Assembly (NCBI GenBank): GCA_009602725.1
Contig: WELB01000007.1
Span: 995,295 to 1,059,294 of the forward strand
DNA length: 64,000 bases
Reading direction: 5' to 3'
DNA from: Spirogloea muscicola
Lineage: Eukaryota
A program made the position numbers and the translations under genes. Every line of letters begins with the position of its first letter. Position 1 is the stretch's first letter. Under the pieces are notes generated by a model. It saw nothing but the letters and a program-made list of their open reading frames with translations, searched no databases and was not told where the DNA came from. Shown in pieces: positions 52,701 through 63,500 of this stretch.

Positions 52701-53046
52701 GGTGCTCAACGCAGGCCAGAAAGTGGTAATTAGAGGCACTCCCCTGCCAGCCAGTCCTGCTGCAGCACCATCGAGTGGACCCTCGAATGCACCGGCAGGC
52801 GCGCCATTCACCTCCCCAGGCGGCCCGTCAGCAGCTCCGGTCCCCATTGGCGCACCAGTGCCAATTGCAGGGCCTACTGCAGGGCCTGCTGCAGCACCCT
52901 CAAGCACTCCTGGTGCTAGTTCGCCTCCGGCCTCAGCGCCAACTGCGCCTCCTCCTCCATCCACTGGAGGTCGCCTACCAAGCGCGGCAGTAGCCTCTCT
53001 CACTGGCCTCCTTGTTTCTGGGATCCTCCTGGCTGCAACATCTTGA
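49778..53046 (+). CDS. Four-domain phytocyanin (blue copper protein) with signal peptide, Pro/Ala/Ser-rich AGP-like stalk and probable GPI signal
   Basis: Nine exons (49778-49973, 50255-50440, 50579-50743, 50879-51079, 51252-51428, 51682-51867, 51994-52155, 52328-52528, 52715-53046). Each domain has NY/DY-x-x-W, H-x-V, C-N/D-F and Y-x-x-C...HC-x-x-G(M/Q)K. Hydrophobic C-terminus ASLTGLLVSGILLAATS. Confidence 0.93.
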
Positions 53047-54199
53047 AGCGATCTAGCTCCAAAGACTAGCTGATTAGGATATTGGCTTGCTTTGGCACCT
53101 GTGCTAATTTGCTAGTTAAGCCACAACATGGCTTCTTCTTTAATATTGGGCAAAGGGCCCTCCGATTTTGTTGAGAAAACAATGTTACCCTTAAATCTCT
53201 ACTTAACCTCATATCTTTCAGCTGCGCTTTGTCACATGGCACCTCTGCCCGGCCATGAGTGATACCTGCATGCCTTAATTAGTCAATTTAACTGGTGCGA
53301 GGTAAGGAGCTGCGCAGGAGTGACCAGAAGGTTGTTGTGCCACATGGTGTCGGTTGCCAATGTCGATAGGACAGATGTTTGTGAAATGCAGGTGACAAGG
53401 TTGAATCCACGTGACTGGCAACGCCAAACATGAAAGGAAATAGAAAACGAGAAATTTGCATATTGCTTGGTTTGAAATGAGATGGATAATTTAGATAGTG
53501 TAGCATTGGAATGAGAAGGTAACTGGAGCTTGTGATGGATGATTTCCAGTGTAATAAAGAGGCAGCGGAAACACCAAGCAACCAATGGTGATGCAAGGAC
53601 TAGATCCGAGACTGATGTCCAGTAACCGTCACAGTAAGAGTATCAGTGTTAGTACCGGGTTTTGGAATAGTAACGATATATTTGATAACGCCCAATTAAG
53701 GGACTTCGGACAGGACCAGTTTCACGCCCAATTAAGGAACTTCGGACCAGTACGGAATGCTCGCGAAGATGCAATCAAGACAATGGCTGGAGTCAAAGCA
53801 AGATCACGTGTGTCTAGCCAAGGCACGGGTTTACGTACCGGTTGACGGAGTTCGCTGGTAAAAGGCTCCTCGAGTAGACGACCTAACGTGCCAGCCAGTG
53901 CCTTCTTGGCACGTCCGGAACGCTCGCTTGGTGTCCGCTGGTTGTTCAGCGGTGGCGGCGGCGGAGACAGCGACGACGACAGCAGCGGCGACGACGGCAG
54001 CGACAATGGCAGCAACGACAACGGCAGCGACAGCGGCGGCGGCGGCGGCGTCGGCGGCAAGTCGGCTTAAAGGAAGAAACTGGACCGAGTTTGGTCCAGT
54101 TGAATAACTCGGTCCCAGCCCTCAGCTTTTTTTTTTTGGTTGCTCGCTTATCTTCGGTCGGAAAGAATGGTTCTGTTTTCTTTAGAGCAGGCCCTTCAG

Positions 54200-54730
54200 C
54201 CCATTTGGCTCGCCCTCCATCCTCGATCCCAAGGCCAGTGTAGCCTGAGACTGCTATTTCCGACCCCTGGCCCCTTCTCGTCCTTTGTACATTCTTTTCT
54301 GGGCTGGCTTTTTCCAGCCCCTGTCCTCAATGGGCGAGCCCTTCTCTCTATTTCCGACCTGCCCCTCAACCCTTAATCCCCAAGGCCAGTGTAAACTGGG
54401 ATTGCCATTCCCTCACCCTTTCACCGTTACCTGCCGCTATTCTGGCCGGTACCCGCCTTCGCTCGTCAAGGTGGGTCATCCCTTGTCCTCAGACCTTGTC
54501 CATTGCTTGAATAGCAAGCGCGGCCGGATTAACTGGTGGCTGGGAGAGGCCAGCCCAAAAGAATGGACAAGGTCCATTGCTTTGGGCTGGCCTCTCCCAG
54601 CCACCACTCCCAGCCACCACACTTAATCTGGCCGCGCTAGCTTGGCCATCCCCATCGAATCGGGCTTTAAGGGCTTTTCGGCTTCTTTTCGGGCTTTTTG
54701 AGCGGTTTCGGGCGAAAGGATGGGGGCTGC
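54200..54730. mobile_element. Unclassified repeat X carrying nested CRE-like 3' fragments
   Basis: Shares cccaaggccagtgtagcctgagac, tacccgcc.tcgctcgtcaaggtgggtca and gggcttttcggcttct..ttgagcggtt with the reverse complement of 58220-58672. A lineage C insert at 54266-54347 lies between ctatttccgacc direct repeats. Lineage A copies in inverted orientation occupy 54490-54641. Confidence 0.75.
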
Positions 54731-55090
54731 CTCTCGGATGCCAAATCTACGGCCCAGCGGCAGATACGCGCGGTCATTGAGTGGTTGGGATGGTAGAGTG
54801 CGGTTGGCCTGTTGATAGCGACATTGACGACGACGCACTAACTCGACCGGAGTTGAGCTGGAGGTGCTGTGTTTGTGAATTCTGGTTAACAGTAATAGAT
54901 AGGTGACGTGCCTCAGTTGTCCGCGTGTGGTGCCACCTCACATGCCACCTGTCAGACCGACATGAATAAGCCATCTACGGGATATTTCATGACAAGGTCC
55001 ATGCATCACAGCTTGCGTCGCACGTGAATGTGCCATAGACTCTCCAATAAGAGGTGTAAAAGACTTTTCCATGTCATGATATATAGAACG

Positions 55091-57111
55091 CTAAGAAGCT
55101 GTTATGGTAGCCGCAGCTGATGCACTGCTGCTGCCAAGCACGTCCCCACAGATGAGCCCTTCCTTTGAAGAAAACTCCAGAGACTGTTGCGGTCTGGCGT
55201 CCGTCTGGCTCCCCTTTGGGCAGGAAGTTGCCCCAGGGTGCTCGACGGTGCCCAAACTCCCCGGCGCAGTACTGCTGCCCGTCATTTTCTCGCTTAAGGG
55301 CCTCAACGATGGATCTCTGGAGTTTCTCTCCCGGATCTCCACCACAATCGAGTGCAACCAGGGCAGCGACAGCTTATGCTCCCGATTCAGCCGCTCACGC
55401 AGATCCGTGTGCACACGGAACCATGAACCCAGGAGCTTGTGCATATGTGCGCGAATCATGCGCATAGGCACGGGATAGGGGTCGCACAGGTCCAGGTACT
55501 CTGCCATCAGCGACAGCTGGTCAGGAGCAGCCTCGCCAGCTCCGCTGCCGTTCCTCTCACTGCCATCCAGCTGGTGCTCATCTCCTTCGACTTGACTTGC
55601 GACCACCTCGACCGCTGCTGAGACATCAGCAGTCTGGTCTTTGCAGGGCTCACTGTTGAGCACCTGCGTCTGAGCTGCAGCTGCTGAGGCATCAGGGGCC
55701 TCACAAGGGGTCCCTGGCCGTGTATCCCGGCCTTCTTGCAGAAGCACGCTCTTGATGCTGCTGCCGCTCTCGGCAGGCATGCGGTGTCCTGCAAAGAGTG
55801 CTGGATTGCTCAGGAGCGACTCCGCAGACATCACGCCCTGCGCGCCTGTGAAGCGCATGCACTCGACTGCATCCTCCAGCCACCGCACATTGCCATTGGC
55901 GAGCACGGGGATGGACACAGCCTGCCGCACAGCGCAAATTGCCGGCCAGTCGGCCCTCACGGCCCGCCCGCACTTCTGGTCCCGCGTCCGGCCATGCACA
56001 GCCAGCAGTGAGCACCCTGCGTCTTCCAGCATCTTGGCATAGGCGATGGTGTCCTCAAGCTGGGGGAAGAGGCGGATCTTGCAGGAGACGGGCGTGCTCA
56101 CGCCCGCTGCCAAGGTCTCCACCAGCGACCTGACGAGGGGCATGTTGTCCATCAGGAATGCGCCATAGTAACCCCGCTTGGCAATCCTTTGTGGGCACCT
56201 GCGGCAGAGTGTGCAAGACCCCTTGTCAAGCATGGAGCTTTCAGAGCGATGTGCAGGACAGCAGATCTTCAGCTGCATGCCTGGATACCGGCTACGAGCA
56301 GGTCGCTGTCACACGTGACGAGCCTCATGCTGCCCTTGCTGAGGCTCTCCCTGTGCTCCTCTTCCGATCACCTTGTACTGGACTGCTCCTGCAGTAAGGC
56401 TTGCTGGCACAAAACACACGTCCTCGGGAATCGGCCATAGCATATGAACGTACCCAAGATTGATGTCGATGTAGTCGCAGTCGTTCTCGACGTGCTTGGC
56501 TGCAGCCAGCAGCGTCTGCGGATCATTAGCGCAGAACTGCACAAACAGCGGCCGATCCTCCTGCACAAGGACCAGCACCACGTCGAGACTTAGACTTGGT
56601 CACTCAGGCCGCAGTGTTCAGCAGAGGCGGTTGCCGTGAGAGAAGCCATGACGGTGTCATGTACCATCGAACAAGGCTTCGATAGGCAACCTGGCAATTG
56701 AACATGGCACTCTAGACCAGAGACTGCTTTGTGGCCGCTGGCCGCTGGTAGCAGAGCCCTACTGGGGGGCCACGAGAGCCCCTCTGGAGACCTCTGAGAC
56801 AGGTTACCCAGCTGCCGGCCTCGTCCGGCAGCTAGGAAAGACGAGCCATGGGGCTGGGGGCTCACGGGGCAGGTGGAGAACTCGGCACGGCGGTACTTGG
56901 CGTCGCTGGCGAAGAGGCGGGAGTGGAGCATGGGGGTGTACGCGGCGTGCGCGCCGTGACGGCGGCACAGCATCCGGAACGGCAGCTCCGACTGGTCCAC
57001 CATGGGCGCCACGTGCCACGCCGGCGACCCCAGCCGCCGGAAGTGCTCCCACGCCGCAGCCGCCCGGCGCTCCCTCTCCCGCGCCGCCCCGTCGCCGCCC
57101 GCGGCGCCGGC
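55091..57111 (-). CDS. DUS1: tRNA-dihydrouridine(16/17) synthase DUS1-like; start probably inside the gap 57112-57184
   Basis: [115 protein letters not shown]. Confidence 0.96.
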
Positions 57112-57190
57112 NNNNNNNNNNNNNNNNNNNNNNNNNNNNNNNNNNNNNNNNNNNNNNNNNNNNNNNNNNNNNNNNNNNNNNNNNGGCAGC

Positions 57191-57237
<47 letters not shown>

Positions 57238-57265
57238 GGGACGGGTGCTTTGCGATCGCACCCTT

Positions 57266-57291
57266 CTTAGGGCTTAGGATTTAGGTTAGGC
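57266..57291 (-). promoter_or_regulatory. Telomere-like (telo-box-like) repeats upstream of DUS1
   Basis: + strand cttagggcttaggatttaggttagg. Confidence 0.5.
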
Positions 57292-57309
57292 CTTCCGCCG
57301 AGCCGTTTC

Positions 57310-57505
57310 GCCCTTGCAGCAGCCTCTGGCTTGCGCTGCGGGGTTGCTCTTCCTCCCCTCAGCTCATCTGACTTCCTACTGCTGACACGTGGGTACTAAG
57401 AGCGCCCTGTCTACCTAGTCTGTGGCTCCCCTAATGTAGACATAAACAACCTCTGTATGCACCTGGCTGACTTTTACAGCCGCCCTTTATTCTATCAGCA
57501 GGCAT
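57310..57505 (+). mobile_element. 3' fragment of the same CRE lineage as 39750-42210
   Basis: 57310-57408 is near-identical to 42026-42124 (ALAAASGLR..SDFLLLTRGY*), followed by the related 3' UTR. Confidence 0.9.
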
Positions 57506-57676
57506 TCTTCTTAGGGCCTCGGGGGTCTGGAAGAGAAAGAAAGGTCTCTATCAGTGTAGGCCATTGATGGGAAGAGTGTCTTTTGAGCAAGGGCCTGAGT
57601 GGCCAAGCACAAAGGCAAAGCACATCGACAGGTATTTGTCACCTGCTGCTAAGCTGACCCGCTCTGTAACCACGAG

Positions 57677-58000
57677 TCAGCACGTGGAGGACGCTAACTG
57701 ATGCCCAAATGCCGGACGGCGATTAACAAGCCTATTTGCCACCAGCTCAAGCTCGACCAGCTTTCTGGTGCAAAACATGAGCCTGAGCTCGCTGTAACAG
57801 GCTGACACAACGCCGCAGAGGAGGCCAAAGCAAGCCAGTACAGTGACCCTGAACCATTTCTTCGAGCCAGTACAGTATGTAAGAGGACTTAAAAGTTGAA
57901 ACAGGGGTAAATGTAACAAATACAATTCAAGACTTCGAGACCCCACGAGTGAAGCAGATTACCAGACAGGAAAGCCGCTGTCGTGTGAGATATGCCGTGG
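57677..58000 (-). pseudogene. Fragment resembling the C-terminal membrane helices of an acyltransferase-3 (OafA-like) protein
   Basis: GSRSLELYLLHLPLFQLL matches the G-x-x-S-x-x-x-YL-x-H motif, followed by hydrophobic TVLACFGLLCGVVSACYSE. No upstream part is visible. Confidence 0.5.
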
Positions 58001-58219
58001 GTGGTCCAATTGTGTCGATCTGACAAGGATGGTCACTTGGCGGTATACGTGGACATAACAGGTGGACTCACCTTTGCTCTAGTGTGGATGAGTCGCAACC
58101 AGGTCACCTCCGGCTCCACGTCAGTCAGGAAAGATGCGCCCCAATCTGGCTCGGCGTCGGAGCACCATCCTATCCGCCGCCCGTGCCTTCCCCATCAACG
58201 AAATCTTTCATCAACGGCA

Positions 58220-59090
58220 AGCAGCCCCTATCCTGCCGCCCGAACCGCTCAAAATGAAGCCCAAAGAGAAGCCGAAAAAGCCCTAAGGCCCGCTTCAATG
58301 GGTGTGACCCACCTTGACGAGCGATGGCGGGTAAAAGGAAAGCGCGTCCACATTGACTGGTGGCTGTGAGAGGCCAGCCCACAGGAATGGACAACGTCTG
58401 AAGGAGCCGGATGGCGCAGAAAGCAAGGTACTAAGTGCTAAGACGGCAGCAAGGGGGCTCTCAGTAACCTCTAGTCAGTAGATGCAAATCGGAATAGCTA
58501 GCAGGCGGATAGACGTCGCCTGGACGGAAGCCGGAGGCTGCAGCCAAAGCGCGGCCTGCGCGTAAGTGAACCACGAAGGCAAGGGACTGCTGCAAAGGTA
58601 GGTAGTGGTAGAAATTACAGTCTCGGGCTGCACTGGCCTTTGAGAAGGTCTCAGGCTACACTGGCCTTGGGGTGCCAGTGGGTCAAACGGCCAGCCCCCA
58701 TAGACCAATGTTATTCTTTGCCTAAGTGGTCTTCCCTCCTCCATCGCCTGGCGCTGCATGTCGATGCCCGTCGGCGTAGTCGGGTGGGTAGCTTGAGGCA
58801 TTCTAGCGTCCCGCAAGCCAAATCGTTGCATGCTATAGGCTGCGGCTACCATTGAGTCTACAGCGCTCCCAGGCACTCAGCGATACACCAGCGTGCTGGT
58901 CGTGCATAAGCACAGGCTAATGGCTTCCGTGGTGGTGGTTTGGCGCCTCAGTACAGCATGTCAGATACGCATGTGCTCCCTCGGGGATATTTAGTGTCCC
59001 CCTTAGCCAGCTCATTACCCAGTTAACAGGACTTTGTAAGGCTAGAATTGGCCTCCCTTTCAATTTCATGCGCACCGCGCGCCTTCTCTC
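58220..59090. mobile_element. Repeat X (minus) with nested CRE lineage A (-, 58339-58575), followed by CRE lineage B (+, approx 58700-59090)
   Basis: Reverse of 58460-58575 matches 19785-19900. WSSLLHRLALHVDARRR resembles WSSLLSLLASQADQRRR. 58851-59090 matches 26322-26560. Confidence 0.85.
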
Positions 59091-59774
59091 TTGCCTGACC
59101 AATGTTAAGGGGGTGCGGAGGGTCGGGGTCGAGCAGTCCTCTCGGTCCAGTCTTTTGCTCTTGCCAGAACTGCCCCCAGCGCCGCCGCTGCCGCCGCCGC
59201 ATTGCCGTCGGGCGTCTTCGCTGCTGTCGAGCCACGCCGGGAAGGCGTGGGCTCACAGGAAGGGCAGCCGCGCTGCTAAAAAGCCTTATCCCGGGTGACT
59301 CCGCCGCCGGTAGCGTCAGAGAATCGGTGACACAGGGAAACAACGATACATCGTGACCTTGTCTTTATGGTGCAGATGTTGAGCATTGCCTCGATATGCT
59401 CTGACACTGTTGATTACAGTCTGGCCGTCACTTGCTTGTTGAGTAGGTCCCAGCTCTAGATCTTGCGACTAGCATTGTGGAGTGTATTTGCTCTCCTTGG
59501 ACCACATTGCATGTTCCAGTAGATAGCCGGAGACTCTCTTGTGGACCGGTAAGTGGAGCTTGCGCTGTTGCGCTGGGCTACTGCCAACTGGTTCTTGCGC
59601 TGTTGCGCTGAAATAGTGCATATAAAACCATCTGAAAGTAGTGCATAAGGACCCGTCTGGAAATAGTGAACTAGGATCTCATCAAGGACGTACTACTGCT
59701 TGGTTAGGGGTTCATTGCATTGAGTGCCGTGTTTCTTATTCTCCACATCTTCTCTTCTGCTGGACCGGGTAGAC

Positions 59775-60088
59775 TTGACTGTTGATGCGCACTGTAACAT
59801 TGTGGCTGGTGCCAAATTGGTCGAGTGTACCCGTCGACGATCTGCAAGGGACCCAAGGCAGGCTGCGTCCAATATGGTGTATGGTCCCAATATGTCGCGG
59901 ATGGTGTTGAAACCACGTCCTGTGACAACCAATACTTGGCGCGACGTGATTTCAACATCGTATGTGACATATTGGGACCATATACCATATTGGACGCAGC
60001 CTGCCTTGGGTCCCTCGCAGATCGTCGACAGGTACACTGGACCAATTTGGCTCCAGCCACAATGTTACAGGTGTGCATCAACAATCAA
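59775..60088. repeat. Long imperfect inverted repeat, arms about 145 bp, 23-nt loop
   Basis: 59775-59919 pairs with 59943-60088; roughly 14 differences by eye. Confidence 0.95.
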
Positions 60089-60559
60089 AGCGTTCTCCAG
60101 GTCTATTTGCTTACGTTGCATTGGACCCAGGCCGGGACGTAATCCCTGTGGATGATCGCAGAAAACCTCCATCAAACAAGCCAGGCAGACCTAGGGCTAC
60201 TTTCCCAACCTTCCTGGCCTCTGTTGCACCTGCATGCTTTTATCCTCAGCCTTATGGGCCCGCACCAGGCATGGTCAGAATTATCAGCACTGAGGAGCAT
60301 TTGAGGAGCCTATCCCCGTGATTTTGAAAAGGCAACGGATACGAGCCAGGAGAAATTACGCTCTTTCATTTCTCGTTTCCAGCCAACGTAAGGCTTACAG
60401 GACAGGCGTTTGATGCTGATTCAATGTCCTGGAGGCTTAGTGTCTGCAATGCTAATCAAACCCGGAGAAAGGTCAACATCCTTACTTCACAACCCATCCA
60501 ACCAGACTCACCGACCTGGACGCAGAACTTTTCAAATTGTTTGATCCCCTTTCAGAAGA

Positions 60560-63500
60560 CGCTGAGGAGATCTAGCAACGACAGTTGATCAGGCAGGCAT
60601 GCCATTCTTTGACGGAATGAAGTGGCAAATAGGTCTTGACCTGACTGCACACGAGCACACCACAAGTCAAGTTGTTGATTTATCACTTGCCGCTTTTGCA
60701 TCTTCTTCAGCTGACCTGGGTACATATACAGGTGCTCGATTTAGACAACGATTAGACAACGATAAGCCTATCTTCAGGAAAGGATGCGTTGTCTGCAGCT
60801 TATCTAATTTCATCAATGACACATGTCAAGAGTTGTTAGCTATTGGTTTGATAGAACCAACCCACAGCTCTTTTGCAGCACCAATCGTTTTACCTGCCAA
60901 AAAGGATGAATTTGATTACCACACAGCTAGGCGAATGTGTCATGATTACCAACTACTGAATGCCGCCACGCCTTTGGACCGTTATCCAATGCCAATGCCC
61001 GAAGGGATCTTTGACCGTGTTGGCGCAAGTAAGATCTTCTCTGTACTTGACCTCAGGCTGCGCTTCAATCAAATTAATATTGAGCATCGTGACAAACACA
61101 AAACAGCGTTCTGGGGGTTGGACCAAGGTATCGGTGTTCAATACTAATGGGTTTAAAATCTCAGTCGGGCTTAAAAATATTCCCATTATGTTCCAGCGAG
61201 TCATGGATGCAGTCCTGCGGGATATTTCCTTTGCTCGTTGTCACATAGATGATATACTTATTTTCAGCAAGAATCTCACAGAGAATATAATTCATATTGC
61301 AGTGGTACTGGACATCATCCACCGAGCTGGACTTCGGTGTCACTCAGGCAAATGTCGATTTGGACTCATAGAGGTTGTTTACTTTGGTCACCAAATCTCA
61401 GACTGCGGTCTATCACCTCACGATGCCAAATTCAGGTTTTTCTTGAGATTCAAGCACCTACATGTCTTAAGCCCTTGCGCTCTTTCCTTGGCTTAGTCAC
61501 TTATTATCAACGCTTCATTGCTAATTTTAGCTTACATGCTCGACCCCTCAATGACTTGGTGGAGAACGATAAGTTCTGGAATTGGACACCAACTCGTCAA
61601 ATGGCAATTCCAGAAATTGAAGGTTGCTTTGACACAAGCTCCAGTTCTGCGGCGTCCTAATTACAATAACGACTTCTTTCTTCGCACCGATTGAAATTAA
61701 AAGGGAATGGGTGCAGTTCTTACTCAGCGAGACGATAACCAGCATCATTATGTCATTGCCTATGCTAGCCTTAGCAATACACCTGCCGAGGCTAACTATT
61801 CCGCGTATGAGGGTGAATGTTTAGCCGCTGATGGGCCGTTACCCACTTCCGTCCATATTTACATGGGGGACCTTTCAATTGATCACAGATCATCAAGCTC
61901 TGCACTGGTTGTTGACCACTCAGAACCTAACAGGGAAATTTGGGCTCACACGCTTCAGAACTATGGATCCAAGATTGTTCATAGACCAGGTATTCTAAAT
62001 CTGGATGCTGATGCCGTCAGTCGTATGCCATTCCCTGCCACAGATTCTCATCGACTAGCTCACATGACCATTCAGGAGCAGCAAATATTCTCATACCGTC
62101 TTGCTCATACTCTTACTTCATCTTTACATTGCTATCCAATTGCTTGCGCTTTGGATGTTCTCGACAGCGGTGTGTTTCCAAAGATGTGTGGTTAGATGCA
62201 CCGGTTCTTCAATATCTTCAGACTGGCATCTACCCTTCCGACTTTACAACAATGCAGAAGGATCTCATTAAACACCGAGCGCGTCCTTATCTACGGATTG
62301 ATACACAAGTCATGCTGAACATGGCAATCGAATTGTTCCACCTCCTGCGGCGAGTACAATTGGTGCACGATGTCCATACGTCTCTCGGGCACTTCGGCAT
62401 CAAACGCACAATCAGTTTGTTGGCCACTAAATACTGGTGGTCCGATCTTACACGTATGGTCATACAATTACTATCCGCATGCAAAGATTGTGATGGGATT
62501 TGCAACATCTTTTCATAGAAGTCACCTCAACTCCATCCATTGCCTATTCGGGGACTGTTTTATTAATGGAATTTGGACCTGGCTGGTCCTCTGCGCCGGG
62601 GTCCCCACAGATCTTACGTATTGATTAAGATTGAACACTTTTCTAAACGGGTAGAAGTTGTCGTTATTCCCACAAACTCTAGTGTATACATCGCCGAGGC
62701 TTTCCTGAACCAGGTACTAGGCGCTTCCGCTGAGGTGCTCACCGATCAAGGATCGGAATTTCAGGGTGATTTTCAGCTTCTTCTAAACCAAACATTGATT
62801 GATCATCGCCTTAACCTCACGCGACTATCCACTAGCAGATGGATTAGTGGGACGCATGGTACAGACTATCAAACGAGTCCTGACCAAGTATGCTCTTCGC
62901 AAGGGCATGGAGCGGTGGGATAAGTTCTTGCCATGGCTTATAATGGGATATCGGATGTCAAAACACACTTCATTGTCAGCGTATAGCCCGTACTTCGTTT
63001 TATATGGACGACATCCAGTAATTTCTACTAGTCTCCATGCTGTCGCAACGGAATTTGTTGATCAAAATGCCCGAAATTGTTGATTGAAGTTTGTACTGAA
63101 CGTGGCAGATTATTCAAAAGGCTTATGCCTATCACTTTGGAAAATTTAGGCATAACGCAACATCGTGACACTCAGCGTTACGCTACTGTTCGTAGCGGTA
63201 GCTACCAACCGAAGCATCAGACAACTGCTATTAATGACTATGTCTACCTCAAGGTGAAACCTCAAGATGCACTTGATGCTTCTACAGGTCCATTCATCTA
63301 TAAAGTTGTTGGCAAAACTCATCTGGAGTCATCCGCCTGCAAGGCTCCTGTGGTATGGAAATTTCGGATCATATCCCACATGTCACGCCTTGCCACCTTA
63401 CAAACATTGACACTACAATAAAACCTATCAGGCAGTGGGTCTCTGCGCACTTATCTTGCCAACTCTGTCATCGGGAAGACCAATCAGCAACCATGCTGTT

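Noticed and set aside
59350..59700. Short tandem repeats as the 5' LTR of the gypsy element
   Set aside because: No match to the sequence after the G-tract at 63645-63850 and no clear primer-binding site, so an LTR pair is unsupported.
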